Numbered from the stretch's first letter, positions 10,417 to 21,612 are shown. The stretch is 64,000 bases of DNA from an uncultured Opitutales bacterium (GCA_964564825.1 CAZMBN010000003.1:12052-76051), one strand, 5' to 3'. The notes: generated by a model not told the origin, from the sequence alone. Made by a program: numbers and translations.

Positions 10417-11615
10417 TTTTCCAATTCTTCCATCGTCTTTTCAAATATTTCCAGGGCCGAATCCACTTCGACGGCCTTCACGTTGAGCGGGGGAAGAAAT
10501 CTAAGCGCGTTCGACCCCGCGGGTATCAATATTAAGCCGGCGTCCCGCAATTTCCCGCAGACAGCGGTATTGGAATACGGCGTATTGAACAAAACCGAAC
10601 GCATAAGCCCCAGCCCCCTTGTGAGTTTTATTACTTTAGGATGTTCGCGTGCGATTTTGGACAGACCGTTTGCGAGCCGTTTCCCCATTTTCCCGGCGTT
10701 TCTTTCCAATTTTTTGGAATCGATCTCGACCAGGGTGGCGTTCGCGGCCGCGCATGCCAACGGATTGCCTCCAAAAGTGCTGCCGTGACTGCCCTCCTTG
10801 AAAAGGGACGCATATTTGCTTGAAAGCCATACGGCTCCTATGGGGAACCCTCCCCCCAACCCCTTCGCCAGGGATAAACCGTCGGGGGCGACCCCGTACT
10901 TTTGGGACGCCAAAAATTTCCCGGTTCGTCCGACTCCGCATTGGACTTCGTCGAAAAGCAACAGGGCTTTGTATTTTTTACATAATTGCCTAAGTCCTTT
11001 TAAAAAACCGGCATCCGCGGGAGTAACGCCGCTTTCGCCCTGCACCGGTTCAACGAGCACGGCGGCTACATCATCGCCCATAGCCTTCTTAAAATCGTCC
11101 AAATCGTTGTAACGCGCGTATGTAAAGGCGGGGAGTAAAGGCGAAAAACCCCTCTGGACCTTCTCTTGGGCGGTTGCCGCAAGCGCTCCGAGGGTTCTGC
11201 CGTGGAAACCGTCGATTGCCGTAACTATCCGGTATTTCCTTCCTTCCGCACCCGCCACTTCAACGCCGTGCAAACGGGCCGCCTTTATCAAGGCTTCGTT
11301 TGCCTCCGTTCCGGAATTGCATAGGAAAACCTTTCCCTCCCCTATTTTGCCGACCAACCTTTCCGCAAGATCCGCGTGCGGCCGCGACAGGTACAGGTTG
11401 CTGCAATGGGTCAGTTTTGCGGCTTGGGAAGCGACGGCTTTAACCCAACGGGGATTAGCGTGCCCCAAACTGAGAACCGCTATTCCGGCGCCGAAATCCA
11501 AATACTTCCTACCGTCGGCGCCGTAGAGCCAAGTCCCCCTGCCACTTTCAACTACAAAATCGCGTTTCCCGTAGTTGGGAACCGTGTATTTGGAGTACTT
11601 CTCGCAAATTGTCAT
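10413..11615 (-). CDS. argD: Acetylornithine aminotransferase
   Basis: 400 aa class III aminotransferase (LLFDEVQCGVGRTGK). Its stop overlaps the argF start by 4 nt (ATGA). Confidence 0.9.
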   Translation of the reverse strand: MTICEKYSKYTVPNYGKRDFVVESGRGTWLYGADGRKYLDFGAGIAVLSLGHANPRWVKAVASQAAKLTHCSNLYLSRPHADLAERLVGKIGEGKVFLCNSGTEANEALIKAARLHGVEVAGAEGRKYRIVTAIDGFHGRTLGALAATAQEKVQRGFSPLLPAFTYARYNDLDDFKKAMGDDVAAVLVEPVQGESGVTPADAGFLKGLRQLCKKYKALLLFDEVQCGVGRTGKFLASQKYGVAPDGLSLAKGLGGGFPIGAVWLSSKYASLFKEGSHGSTFGGNPLACAAANATLVEIDSKKLERNAGKMGKRLANGLSKIAREHPKVIKLTRGLGLMRSVLFNTPYSNTAVCGKLRDAGLILIPAGSNALRFLPPLNVKAVEVDSALEIFEKTMEELEK

Positions 11616-11628
11616 ACTTCCACGTCCG

Positions 11629-12525
11629 CTAAAGGTTTTCCGTCACTATTTCGGTGCCTATGCCCTTGTCCGTGAATATTTCCAGCAACACGCTGTGGGG
11701 CATATATCCGTCTACAAAGTGGACCCTGCGGACTCCGTTGCAAATCGCGTCCACACCGCTGTCGACCTTGGGCATCATACCGCCGGATATGATTCCCCCG
11801 GCTTTTAAGGAGGGGACTTCGCCGACCTTAAGATGCGATATCAGGGTGGAGCGATCTTCGGGATTTCTCATGAGGCCGGGAACGTCGCAGAGGAATACGA
11901 GCCTGCGCGCCTTCAAGGCACCGGCCACCGCCGCGGACGCGACGTCCGCGTTCGTATTGTACAAATGGCTGTCTTCAATCCCCAACGCGATGGGCGATAT
12001 TACGGGGGTATAACCTTCGGAAACCGCCTTCTTTATCAACTTCGATTTTACCGACACTATCTTGCCGACATATCCTATATCCAGCATATTTCCGGAGGGA
12101 TCTTTCGAATAGAGCTTTTCGCAGGACAAAACTTCGTTTCCGGCAAGGGACACCGCTTCGCAACCCTGCGACTTCAACAACGCGCATATATCCCTGTTTA
12201 CCTCGCCGTTGAGGACGTCCGCCACAATTTCCGCGGTTTTCTCGTCGGTAACGCGCATACCGTTGCGGAATTCGGCTTTTAACCCGAACCTTTCCATCGC
12301 CCTATTGATGGCCTTGCCCCCCCCGTGCACAACCACAACCTTAATCCCAACGGTTGCCAAAAAGGAAATATCCTGGGCGACGCGGGCGCGAACTTCGGGA
12401 TTCGGATCGTCCATAAAGGCGCCCCCGTATTTTATCACGAATATCGATCCCTTGAATCTTTTGATATAGGGCAGCGCCTCTATCAAGATCCCCGCTTTTT
12501 TTGTGACTTCGTCTATCGTGTCCAT
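11629..12525 (-). CDS. argB: Acetylglutamate kinase
   Basis: 298 aa amino-acid kinase family (VIKYGGAFM, VVVHGGG). Confidence 0.93.
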   Translation of the reverse strand: MDTIDEVTKKAGILIEALPYIKRFKGSIFVIKYGGAFMDDPNPEVRARVAQDISFLATVGIKVVVVHGGGKAINRAMERFGLKAEFRNGMRVTDEKTAEIVADVLNGEVNRDICALLKSQGCEAVSLAGNEVLSCEKLYSKDPSGNMLDIGYVGKIVSVKSKLIKKAVSEGYTPVISPIALGIEDSHLYNTNADVASAAVAGALKARRLVFLCDVPGLMRNPEDRSTLISHLKVGEVPSLKAGGIISGGMMPKVDSGVDAICNGVRRVHFVDGYMPHSVLLEIFTDKGIGTEIVTENL

Positions 12526-12583
12526 GCTGAAAAACGATGCGTTCCGCGATGCTTCCGGAGAAAACCCTTTTTTACGGCGACTT

Positions 12584-13822
12584 CTATTCCCCTTTGTTGA
12601 AATTTACGTATCCATCGGTAAGATCCGCGGCCAACACGGTCTCTTTGGCTTCGCCGAGATTCAGGTTCAGATTTACGGAAAAAGTCTTGCGGCTCACCAC
12701 CTCAACCCATTTCGTCTTGTTTCCGCTTAGAGGCTGCCCCCTCCTGAGGACGGGAACGGAATCGTAGTCGAGGTCGAGTTTTTCAAGTATAATTCCCGTA
12801 CGCGCGTATCCAGCGGAGTCCACAATTCGCCCCCAATTCGGATCGCACCCAAACCACGAAGATTTCACCAAAAGGGAGTTGCCTATGCTGCGGCATATTT
12901 TTTCCGCCTGCGCAATGTCCCTTGCACCGCGGACGTTTACCTCCACAACTTTTGTAATTTTTTCGCCGTCTCCCACTATCTTCCGGGCCAAAACCCTGCA
13001 AACCGACAACAGCGCCTCCTTAAATGCCTCGAGAGCATCGGCGTCGTCCTCCGATATTTCGAATCCGGAAGCTCCGTTGCAAAGGCACAACACAGTGTCG
13101 TTCGTGCTCATATCCCCGTCTATGGTTATACGGTTGAAGGTCCGTCCCGCGGACAGACGCAGGCTTTCCTTTAAAAGCGACTGCGAAACGGAGGCGTCGC
13201 AGGCGATAAAAGCCAACATCGTAGCCATGTTCGGTTCTATCATTCCCGCCCCTTTGGCCATTCCGGCGAGCGTAAAGGTTTTCCCCCTAATGGACACGTC
13301 CACTTTTACCGTCTTTGGACGGGTATCCGATGTCAAAATGGCGTTTGCGGCGTCCATACTTGCCTCCTCCCCGTAGGAAAGGGAGGAAAAAGCGGTATCG
13401 ATACCCTTCTTCAATTTTTCCATGGGAAGGAACTCCCCTATTCTGCCCGTGGAACAAACCAATATTTGCCGTCTCTCCACGCCGAGCTTTTCGGCCGCGT
13501 ACGAGCACGTATCCACTGCATCTTTAAAACCCCTCTCGCCGGTGCACGCGTTGGCGTTCCCGCTGTTGGCCACTATGGCCTTTACCTTGCGCTTTGCGTC
13601 GATGTGGCGCATGTCCAACAGCACGGGGGCGGCTTTTGCGTCATTCGTGGTGAACACCCCCGCGGCCGTCGCCGGAACGTCCGAAACAATCAACGCCAAA
13701 TCGAGTCTCTTGTAATCCTCCTTATTGCGGATATCGCAGGCTGCGGACCCCAATTTAAACCCTTTCGCCGTACAGAGTCCGGCAACGTCTTCGGTCGTCG
13801 ATATACTATAGTTCTTATTCAT
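12584..13822 (-). CDS. argJ: Glutamate N-acetyltransferase / amino-acid acetyltransferase ArgJ
   Basis: Autoprocessing site region PNMATMLAFIACDA. The start was moved to ATG 13822 (MNKNYSISTT), giving 412 aa. The track start 13918 would overlap argC by 26 nt. Confidence 0.9.
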   Translation of the reverse strand: MNKNYSISTTEDVAGLCTAKGFKLGSAACDIRNKEDYKRLDLALIVSDVPATAAGVFTTNDAKAAPVLLDMRHIDAKRKVKAIVANSGNANACTGERGFKDAVDTCSYAAEKLGVERRQILVCSTGRIGEFLPMEKLKKGIDTAFSSLSYGEEASMDAANAILTSDTRPKTVKVDVSIRGKTFTLAGMAKGAGMIEPNMATMLAFIACDASVSQSLLKESLRLSAGRTFNRITIDGDMSTNDTVLCLCNGASGFEISEDDADALEAFKEALLSVCRVLARKIVGDGEKITKVVEVNVRGARDIAQAEKICRSIGNSLLVKSSWFGCDPNWGRIVDSAGYARTGIILEKLDLDYDSVPVLRRGQPLSGNKTKWVEVVSRKTFSVNLNLNLGEAKETVLAADLTDGYVNFNKGE

Positions 13823-13892
13823 ATGCGGGGGCGTATTGCACGCCGTTTTCGAGTTCTGTTCAAATAAAAAGTTCCGTCCGCCCTGCGGTCCA

Positions 13893-14924
13893 TCAAAGCA
13901 GGCCCGATGTTTCGTCAAAGCCGAGAACGATGTTCATTATTTGGACGGCCTGTCCGCTCGCGCCTTTTAAGAGGTTGTCCAAAGCCGAACATATTACGAA
14001 ATTTTTCGTGCGGGGATCATAAAATGCGGAGATATCGCAGCGGTTTGTCCCGGAGACGAAGAGCGTGTCCGGGTAGGTTCCGCTTGCAAGGACTTTTACA
14101 AAGGGTCTTCCCTCGTAGACCCTGTTCCACACTTCGTACACGCGTTCTATTCCCCCATCCTTCGACGGAACGGTAATCGTCGTAAATATCCCGCGCGTCA
14201 TGGGGGACAAATGGGGATTAAATTGGACCGTAATCTTCCGTCCGGCGGCGACGGAAAGTTGTTCCTCTATTTCCGACAAGTGCCTGTGCTTCAAAAACCC
14301 GTAGCCCTTGACGCTTTCGTTGCGCTCGCAAAAACTGTACGCCGTCTCCGATTTTCTCCCGGCGCCGGAAACGCCGCTGCAGCTGTTTATGACTATGTGG
14401 TCAAAACCCACGACACCCTCGCGCACAAGGGGAAACAGAGGCAAAAGTATGCTCGTGGGATAGCACCCTGCACAGGCGATGAGCCTGTCCTCCGGCGAGA
14501 GTTCCGAGAGTTCCGCTATCGAATATTTCCCGGACTTTAGGAGTCCGGGAGCCTTATGGTCGGATCCGTAGTATTCTTTGTACGTCGACGGCGAATTTAG
14601 GCGGAAATCCGCGGAAAGGTCTATTACAAGCTTCCCGGCGTCGATAAGCGGTCCCGCGTAGTCGACGGCGGCTCCGTGCGGAAGGGCCAGAAACCACACG
14701 TCTATATCGTCCATCTTCGCCTGTTCCGCGGGTGACGAGGGGATAAATTTTAAATTGTCGCCCACGATATGCCTTAACTGCGGCATGTATTCCGCCACGG
14801 GAGTCCCCGCCAAACTCCTCGACGTAACGCACGCAAGTTCCACTTTCGGATGTTTCGCCAGAATCTTTACAAGCTCCACGCCCGCATAACCGGAGGCTCC
14901 CGTAATTCCTGCTTTTATCTTCAT
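13893..14924 (-). CDS. argC: N-acetyl-gamma-glutamyl-phosphate reductase
   Basis: 343 aa. GITGASGYAGVEL Rossmann motif, catalytic Cys in CAGCYPTS, and SD GGGAG upstream of the ATG. Confidence 0.93.
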   Translation of the reverse strand: MKIKAGITGASGYAGVELVKILAKHPKVELACVTSRSLAGTPVAEYMPQLRHIVGDNLKFIPSSPAEQAKMDDIDVWFLALPHGAAVDYAGPLIDAGKLVIDLSADFRLNSPSTYKEYYGSDHKAPGLLKSGKYSIAELSELSPEDRLIACAGCYPTSILLPLFPLVREGVVGFDHIVINSCSGVSGAGRKSETAYSFCERNESVKGYGFLKHRHLSEIEEQLSVAAGRKITVQFNPHLSPMTRGIFTTITVPSKDGGIERVYEVWNRVYEGRPFVKVLASGTYPDTLFVSGTNRCDISAFYDPRTKNFVICSALDNLLKGASGQAVQIMNIVLGFDETSGLL

Positions 14925-14976
14925 ATTTTGCTCCCAATATTTGCCTGTAACCGTCTATTGCGTAAAAACCAAACAC

Positions 14977-15011
14977 AAAAGCCCCACCGCGGCGCGGGAG
15001 GGCTCCGGTGG
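14977..15011 (-). terminator. Rho-independent terminator after rplM-rpsI
   Basis: Minus strand reads CCACCGGAGCCCTCCCGCGCCGCGGTGGGGCTTTTGTGTTTGG. Alternative GC stems are CCACCG/CGGTGG or AGCCC/GGGCT, followed by a U-rich tract. Confidence 0.5.
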
Positions 15012-15030
15012 AAGAAGTCGAATCCTGCAA

Positions 15031-15426
15031 TTAGCGTTTTGAAAATTGGAAACGCTTGCGCGCTCCGGGTTGACCCGATTTCTTACGTTCCTTGGCCCTC
15101 GGATCGCGGGTAAGCAAACCCGCCTTCTTTAGGGGAGCCCTCAGCGAAGCGTCCATTTTTTCTAAGGCGCGCGCCAGACCATGGCTTATCGCCCCGGCTT
15201 GGCCCACGGAACCGCCGCCCTTGACGCTTATAACGGCATCCACGGAATCCGAAGTCGAAGTGGCAGCCAACGGACGAAGAGCCAACATCGACAAACGGTC
15301 GGTATAGCAGTATTCGCCGATGGGAACATCGTTTACCGTGAGTTTACCGCTGCCCCTACTTAGGCGGACGCGGGCAACCGACGTCTTGCGACGTCCGACA
15401 GATACGAAAATTTCAGATGCGCTCAT
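15031..15426 (-). CDS. rpsI: 30S ribosomal protein S9
   Basis: 131 aa, ending ...GARKRFQFSKR. Confidence 0.97.
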   Translation of the reverse strand: MSASEIFVSVGRRKTSVARVRLSRGSGKLTVNDVPIGEYCYTDRLSMLALRPLAATSTSDSVDAVISVKGGGSVGQAGAISHGLARALEKMDASLRAPLKKAGLLTRDPRAKERKKSGQPGARKRFQFSKR

Positions 15427-15435
15427 GATATTGTG

Positions 15436-15861
15436 TTAAAAGTTAAGCGGTTTTGGCTGTTGGGCCGCATGGGGATGTTCGCTTCCGGCGTAGACGTGGA
15501 GTTTCAAAAACATATCGCGGGCCAATCTGTTCTTCGGGAGCATTCCCTTTACCGCGGCCTCGATGATGTACTCGGGTCTGCGCGCCCGGAATTCCGACAG
15601 CTTCACGTACTTCTCGCCCCCCACGTAGCCGGAATAGAACATATATTCCTTGTTGTCCTCCTTTTTTCCGGTAACGCGCACCTTTTCGGCATTCACAACA
15701 ACCACATGGTCGCCGCAATCGACGTTCGGCGTGTAGACCGCCTTGTGGCGACCGCGCAATACGTTCGCTATCTTTACGGCAAGGCGTCCCAATACTTGGT
15801 CGGTCGCATCGACCACATACCATTGCTTTTGCTCCTGTTTCTTTGCTACTGTCGTATTCAT
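15436..15861 (-). CDS. rplM: 50S ribosomal protein L13
   Basis: 141 aa. WYVVDATDQVLGRLA motif. Confidence 0.97.
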   Translation of the reverse strand: MNTTVAKKQEQKQWYVVDATDQVLGRLAVKIANVLRGRHKAVYTPNVDCGDHVVVVNAEKVRVTGKKEDNKEYMFYSGYVGGEKYVKLSEFRARRPEYIIEAAVKGMLPKNRLARDMFLKLHVYAGSEHPHAAQQPKPLNF

Positions 15862-15882
15862 CTATCTGAAGAAAAGTTCGGT

Positions 15883-15911
15883 ACGCTACGCGGTTGTAGC
15901 GCATTCGTCAA
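15883..15911 (-). promoter_or_regulatory. Sigma70-like promoter for rplM-rpsI
   Basis: Minus strand: TTGACG, 17-nt spacer, TAGCGT, about 20 nt upstream of the rplM ATG. Confidence 0.4.
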
Positions 15912-15929
15912 CAATTTTTTGACTTTTGG

Positions 15930-17756
15930 TCAAAAGTCGTCGGGGAGACGGCGGTTTCTTATATCCTCCAAAATCAAACCCATAGCCTCAACGGAGGAAT
16001 GCACTCCCTCGAACGCTTTCCTTATACGGGAGCGGAGCGACACTGCTCCCTCGTCGGCCTCTCTTTTCCCGACAACGGCCATGTGCGGAATTTTTTCCAT
16101 CTCGGCCCTGCGTATTTTTGCGCCCAGTTTATCGGCGCCGTCGTCGATTCCAACCCTTATTCCGGCGTCCTTAAAACGCGCGTACAGGGAATCGGCGTAC
16201 CCGGACACGGAATCCCCTAGGGTTAAGATCCTAAGCTGCTCGGGAGCCAACCAGGTGGGGAAGTTTCCCCCAAAATGCTCTATCAAAACCCCGGTAAACC
16301 TTTCCAAGGAGCCGAAGGGGGCCCTGTGTATCATTATGGGCCTATGCGGTTTGTTGTCCGACCCCGTATACCACAAGTCGAACCGCTCGGGCAAGTTATA
16401 GTCGACCTGGACGGTACCCAACTGCCACTCCCTACCGATGACGTCCTTCACTATGAAGTCTATCTTCGGACCGTAAAAAGCAGCTTCGCCCATTTCCTCC
16501 ACGCACGGCACGCCGATGGATCTCGCAGCTTTCCTTATGGCGGCTTCGGACTTCTCCCAATTGGATTCGTCGCCGACGTATTTGTCGCTTGAGGGATCGC
16601 GCAGCGAAATTCTCACCCGGTATTCGCGCATACCTATGGTGTCGAACACAACCTTCACCAAGTCCAAACAACCCCGTATCTCCCCGTCCAACTGTTCGGG
16701 GGTGCAAAAAATGTGCGCGTCGTCCTGCGTGAACCCCCGTACACGGGTCATCCCGTTCAACTCCCCGGACTGCTCCCAGCGATATACGTTTCCGAATTCC
16801 GCGAGGCGGACCGGCAAATCCCTATACGAATGGGGGTCACTCTTGAATATCTGCACATGGAACGGACAGTTCATCGGTTTCAACAGAAATCCCTCTACTT
16901 CGCCCGAATCCACCTTTTTCCCGTACTCGGACATATCGAGGTGTTCGGACTCCATCCGCAAGAGATCATCGCGCTCGACTATCGGGGCGAACTGCGAATC
17001 CTTGTAGTACGGGAAATGCCCGCTCGTCCTAAACAGTCCCAGCCTTCCTATATGCGGCGTGAACACCTGCAGGTATCCCTGCTTGCGCAAAAGTTCGAGA
17101 ATAAAATCCTGCAGGCTCTGGCGTACCACAGCCCCCCGTGGTTTCCATAAGACCAGTCCCTGCCCAACCTTGTCGTCTATGATAAAAAGCCCCATTTCCC
17201 TACCCAACTTGCGGTGGTCGCGAAGTTTGGCCTCCTCCATGCGCTTCAAATACCGCTCCAACTCGTCTTTTGAGGCGAATGCCGTACCGTAAATGCGCTG
17301 CAACTGTTTGTTCCGTTCGTCCCCGCGATGGTATGCTCCGGCAATCGATAAGAGCTTAAAGGCCTTTATTCGGTTGGTGTGGTCTACGTGGGGTCCGGCG
17401 CACAAATCACAAAACTCCCCGTTGCGGTAAAAACTTACGGTTTCCCCTTCGGGAATATCCGACAATCTGCCAAGCTTGTATAGACCCTGCCCCGCCTCAT
17501 TAATCTTTTCGGCGGCCTCTTCTCGCGAAAGCTCGATGCGCTCGAATTTCTGGTTCTCCGAAACGATTTTGCGCATTTCCTCCTCTATGCGGACCAGGTC
17601 GTCGGCGGTAAACTTATGCTCCAAATCGAAGTCGTAATAAAATCCGGTGTCAGTCGCCGGACCGATATCGAGTTTTGCGGCGGGGAACAGCCGCAATACC
17701 GCCGCGGCCAGTACGTGCGAAGCGCTGTGCCTTATCTTTTGCAAATCTTCGTTCAT
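15930..17756 (-). CDS. thrS: Threonyl-tRNA synthetase (no N-terminal TGS domain)
   Basis: 608 aa. The editing-domain motif HSASHVLAAAV is already at residues 10-20. The class II core and anticodon-binding domain are present. Confidence 0.95.
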   Translation of the reverse strand: MNEDLQKIRHSASHVLAAAVLRLFPAAKLDIGPATDTGFYYDFDLEHKFTADDLVRIEEEMRKIVSENQKFERIELSREEAAEKINEAGQGLYKLGRLSDIPEGETVSFYRNGEFCDLCAGPHVDHTNRIKAFKLLSIAGAYHRGDERNKQLQRIYGTAFASKDELERYLKRMEEAKLRDHRKLGREMGLFIIDDKVGQGLVLWKPRGAVVRQSLQDFILELLRKQGYLQVFTPHIGRLGLFRTSGHFPYYKDSQFAPIVERDDLLRMESEHLDMSEYGKKVDSGEVEGFLLKPMNCPFHVQIFKSDPHSYRDLPVRLAEFGNVYRWEQSGELNGMTRVRGFTQDDAHIFCTPEQLDGEIRGCLDLVKVVFDTIGMREYRVRISLRDPSSDKYVGDESNWEKSEAAIRKAARSIGVPCVEEMGEAAFYGPKIDFIVKDVIGREWQLGTVQVDYNLPERFDLWYTGSDNKPHRPIMIHRAPFGSLERFTGVLIEHFGGNFPTWLAPEQLRILTLGDSVSGYADSLYARFKDAGIRVGIDDGADKLGAKIRRAEMEKIPHMAVVGKREADEGAVSLRSRIRKAFEGVHSSVEAMGLILEDIRNRRLPDDF

Positions 17757-17941
17757 AATTTAAATCTTTAATTTCAAATAGATATGCGCATCCCGATGGC
17801 AAAACATGCCGGATGTTTTGGAAGCGCACTATGGTGAAATCCAAAAAGAAATTGTAAAGTTTTTATTTTCCCCGCCGGGAAGGGAAAGCAACGGGCAAAC
17901 CAGTATCTGCACTGTCGACCAGACGCGTCCCCACCCCGATG

Positions 17942-19220
<1,279 letters not shown>

Positions 19221-19304
19221 CGAGGCGCAAGACGCGGGGAACGTACCGCGACTACGGAGACCGGAGGCACACCGAAATAATTCGCCGACAAACGGCGAGT
19301 ATTG

Positions 19305-19332
19305 TTGACATTGCCAGAAATTCGGTTATCGT
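19305..19332 (+). promoter_or_regulatory. Sigma70-like promoter for the Gfo/Idh/MocA gene
   Basis: TTGACA (19305-19310), 16-nt spacer, TATCGT (19327-19332). SD GAGGAAGGA lies 12 nt before the ATG. Confidence 0.5.
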
Positions 19333-19362
19333 TTTGCTTTCGAGGAAGGATGTAATGCAAAA

Positions 19363-20658
19363 ATGAACAGAAAAACTTTTCTAAAAACCGGAATAACCGC
19401 TGGAGTCGCAGGGGCGCTTCCAAAATGGTCTCTCGCCTCGGCGAAGGACGGCGATAAAATAAAAGTCGCCCTCGTCGGTTGCGGAGGACGCGGAAGTTCA
19501 GCCCTGACGAACATGATATCCGCAGACCAAAACATCGAAATAATTGCCCTGGGGGATCTCTACAAGGCCCGTACGGACGCCTGCGAGAAAAAAGTTAAAA
19601 CCTATATCGGGAAAAACTATCCTTCCATGGAGAAGGAGATATGGAAGGTTTCCGACGACAAAATCTTTCTCGGGATAGACTCTATCGACAAGGTGTTGCA
19701 GACCGACGCGGACGTTGTCGCCCTGGCGACTCCGCCCTGTTTTAGGACGCAACAAATAGAGAAGTGTCTCAACGCCGAAAAGAACGTTTTTGCCGAAAAG
19801 CCCATATGCATAGACGCCGTCCAGTTGCGCAAAGTCTATAACGAACTTATCCCCCTGGCGGACAAAAAAAGCCTTAATGTCATATGCGGCACGCAGATGC
19901 GTTACCACGAGCTTATCAAGGAAGCGGTCAACAGACTCAGGGACGGACAAATAGGGGATATAATCGGAGGTTCCTTCCTGAGGTTTGAGCCGAGTTTCCT
20001 CACGGGCTGGTACGATGTGCCGGCAAATCTCAAACCCCAGGATGTGGAGTACCAGCTGCTCTATTGGCTCGCATTCCGTTGGACTTCCGGAGACCAGATT
20101 GTGGAACAGTACGTCCACAACCTCGATATAGCCCTCTGGGCGTTTGGAGAACTACCCACGGACGTCGTAGGAACGGGGGGGCGTATATCGGGATTGCCAG
20201 ACATAGGCGATAGATTTTCGAACATGTCCGCCACTTTTGAATTCCCGAGCGGCGCCACGTTGTCTTCGGGATGCAGGCAGGAAGACGGAACAAGCGGATA
20301 CGCCACGTTCAAGGTAATGGGGACGAAGGGGGCTCTTTACAGCGGGTTCGGCAAACAGATAATAAAGGGTGAAAAGCCGTGGGAATCCGGAGACAACTGG
20401 AAACCCGAACTCGTTTGCGAACACGAGTACATGTTTGGCGCGATAAGAGACGGCAGGCATGTAAACACGATGAAGGCGTGCGCGGATTCCTGTTTTGCGG
20501 CCATAGCCGCCCGCGAATCGGCGTATTCGGGAAAGCGTTTGAAGTGCGATTGGATACTGAAAAAATCCCAACAAAAATTTCTTCCCGACAATCTCAAACT
20601 GAGCGATACGAAAATAGTGGAGCGCGTTCCTTCTCCGGTAAGCTACAAACTGGGCTAA
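19363..20658 (+). CDS. Gfo/Idh/MocA-family NAD-binding oxidoreductase with Tat-like signal peptide (GH109-like architecture)
   Basis: 431 aa. N-terminus MNRKTFLKTGITAGVAGALPKWSLASA, then Rossmann KVALVGCGGRGSS. Confidence 0.85.
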   Translation: MNRKTFLKTGITAGVAGALPKWSLASAKDGDKIKVALVGCGGRGSSALTNMISADQNIEIIALGDLYKARTDACEKKVKTYIGKNYPSMEKEIWKVSDDKIFLGIDSIDKVLQTDADVVALATPPCFRTQQIEKCLNAEKNVFAEKPICIDAVQLRKVYNELIPLADKKSLNVICGTQMRYHELIKEAVNRLRDGQIGDIIGGSFLRFEPSFLTGWYDVPANLKPQDVEYQLLYWLAFRWTSGDQIVEQYVHNLDIALWAFGELPTDVVGTGGRISGLPDIGDRFSNMSATFEFPSGATLSSGCRQEDGTSGYATFKVMGTKGALYSGFGKQIIKGEKPWESGDNWKPELVCEHEYMFGAIRDGRHVNTMKACADSCFAAIAARESAYSGKRLKCDWILKKSQQKFLPDNLKLSDTKIVERVPSPVSYKLG

Positions 20659-20673
20659 GGGCGCAGTTTCGAG

Positions 20674-20712
20674 AAAAAAGCCCTCCCCCGTCGGTGCGTG
20701 GCGGGCTTTTTT
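20674..20712. terminator. Bidirectional rho-independent terminator between convergent genes
   Basis: AAAAAAGCCCTCC-loop-GGCGGGCTTTTTT. The GC stem is flanked by an A-run and a T-run, so it reads as a terminator on both strands. Confidence 0.7.
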
Positions 20713-20763
20713 GCGGGAACAAAAACGGAAGCTCCGAGAAACCTCCTCCTCCCCCCGCAACAA

Positions 20764-21612
20764 CTAGAACAATTTCTTAAGGGCGTCTCCTATGGCCTTG
20801 CCGGCGGAATCCACCGCGGCTCCGGTAGATTTCCCCGCGGATTCGGTTCCGGAGGCGGCGCCTTCCACTATGGCTTTCGCCATGTTGTACGTACCTTGAA
20901 CCGCCAGACTTTCGACGATGCTGGTAACAAGCTGCGAAACGGTAAGTCCGCCTTCTTTGACCCCGAGATTCTCAACCGTAAAGGACGGCAGAACCACCTT
21001 CATGCTGCTGTCGTTCAACCCGCCGACAATGTCGCCCTGTTGGAAGACCAGTTTCTTTACTATGAATTTTACGGGGGTCGAATCGTCGTCGTCCGCATCA
21101 GTCTGTTGCTTCGGTTGCCGACTGGATCCGGAGTCGTCGTTCAATCCGTATTTCGCCTTGAAAATATCCGATATTTCGGTCAGATTAGACTTCGGAGCCT
21201 TCAGGAGCATTTGAAGTCCGGAGCCCGTTTTCAGCTGCACCGCCATTGTCAACCCAACAACCTTTATTTCGTCCACCTCCACAAGTTTTTGGACGAGAAG
21301 CGCGGACGGGCTCAACTGCGTGTCGACAACCGCCTCCTTAAACGCTATGGCCTTGACATCCTGGGGATAGTTGGGCGGATTGGTCACATAAAAATCGTTT
21401 ACGGCAAGTTTCTGCTCCCCTATGTTGAAATCCACCGACCCAAGTCCCACCTCGACGCCCGTTCCGGCAGTGGCGGCCTTTAGGACGTAGTCGGCTATAT
21501 ATCCGAGCGAAAAGTACGCGGCTACGAGAATCGCAACCAATGCAACAGATCCAAACTTCAACAATTTAAAGAGACAACCGCCTCCGCGAGTATTTCCATA
21601 CGGCTTCTTCAC
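20764..21612 (-). CDS. Hypothetical membrane-anchored protein (single N-terminal TM; possibly AsmA/DUF748-like, weak)
   Basis: TM segment FGSVALVAILVAAYFSLGYIADYVL followed by a beta-rich region, an acidic linker (DADDDD) and a Gly/Ala/Ser/Lys-rich tail. The start is uncertain. I prefer GTG 21612 (VKKPYG...) because the track start 21705 overlaps the divergent DUF1015 ATG. Confidence 0.6.
   Translation of the reverse strand: MKKPYGNTRGGGCLFKLLKFGSVALVAILVAAYFSLGYIADYVLKAATAGTGVEVGLGSVDFNIGEQKLAVNDFYVTNPPNYPQDVKAIAFKEAVVDTQLSPSALLVQKLVEVDEIKVVGLTMAVQLKTGSGLQMLLKAPKSNLTEISDIFKAKYGLNDDSGSSRQPKQQTDADDDDSTPVKFIVKKLVFQQGDIVGGLNDSSMKVVLPSFTVENLGVKEGGLTVSQLVTSIVESLAVQGTYNMAKAIVEGAASGTESAGKSTGAAVDSAGKAIGDALKKLF

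Noticed and set aside
13823-13918. Over-extended N-termini in the ORF track: argJ to 13918, glnB to 18648, nuoG to 49636, nuoC to 53243, nuoN to 41847, nuoL to 45204, nuoJ to 46066, nuoD to 52551, rpsB to 25395, fabH to 33411 and GH20 to 22882.
   Set aside because: The extensions overlap the upstream gene and lack conserved sequence. Internal ATGs coincide with classic operon junctions or SD motifs and restore family-typical lengths.
17757-17941. T-box leader or tRNA-Thr-mimic operator upstream of thrS.
   Set aside because: The 185-nt spacer has no T-box sequence (no GGUGGUACCGCG-like element). The one clean hairpin (AAAACAT-CCGGC-ATGTTTT) does not present a Thr anticodon-like loop.
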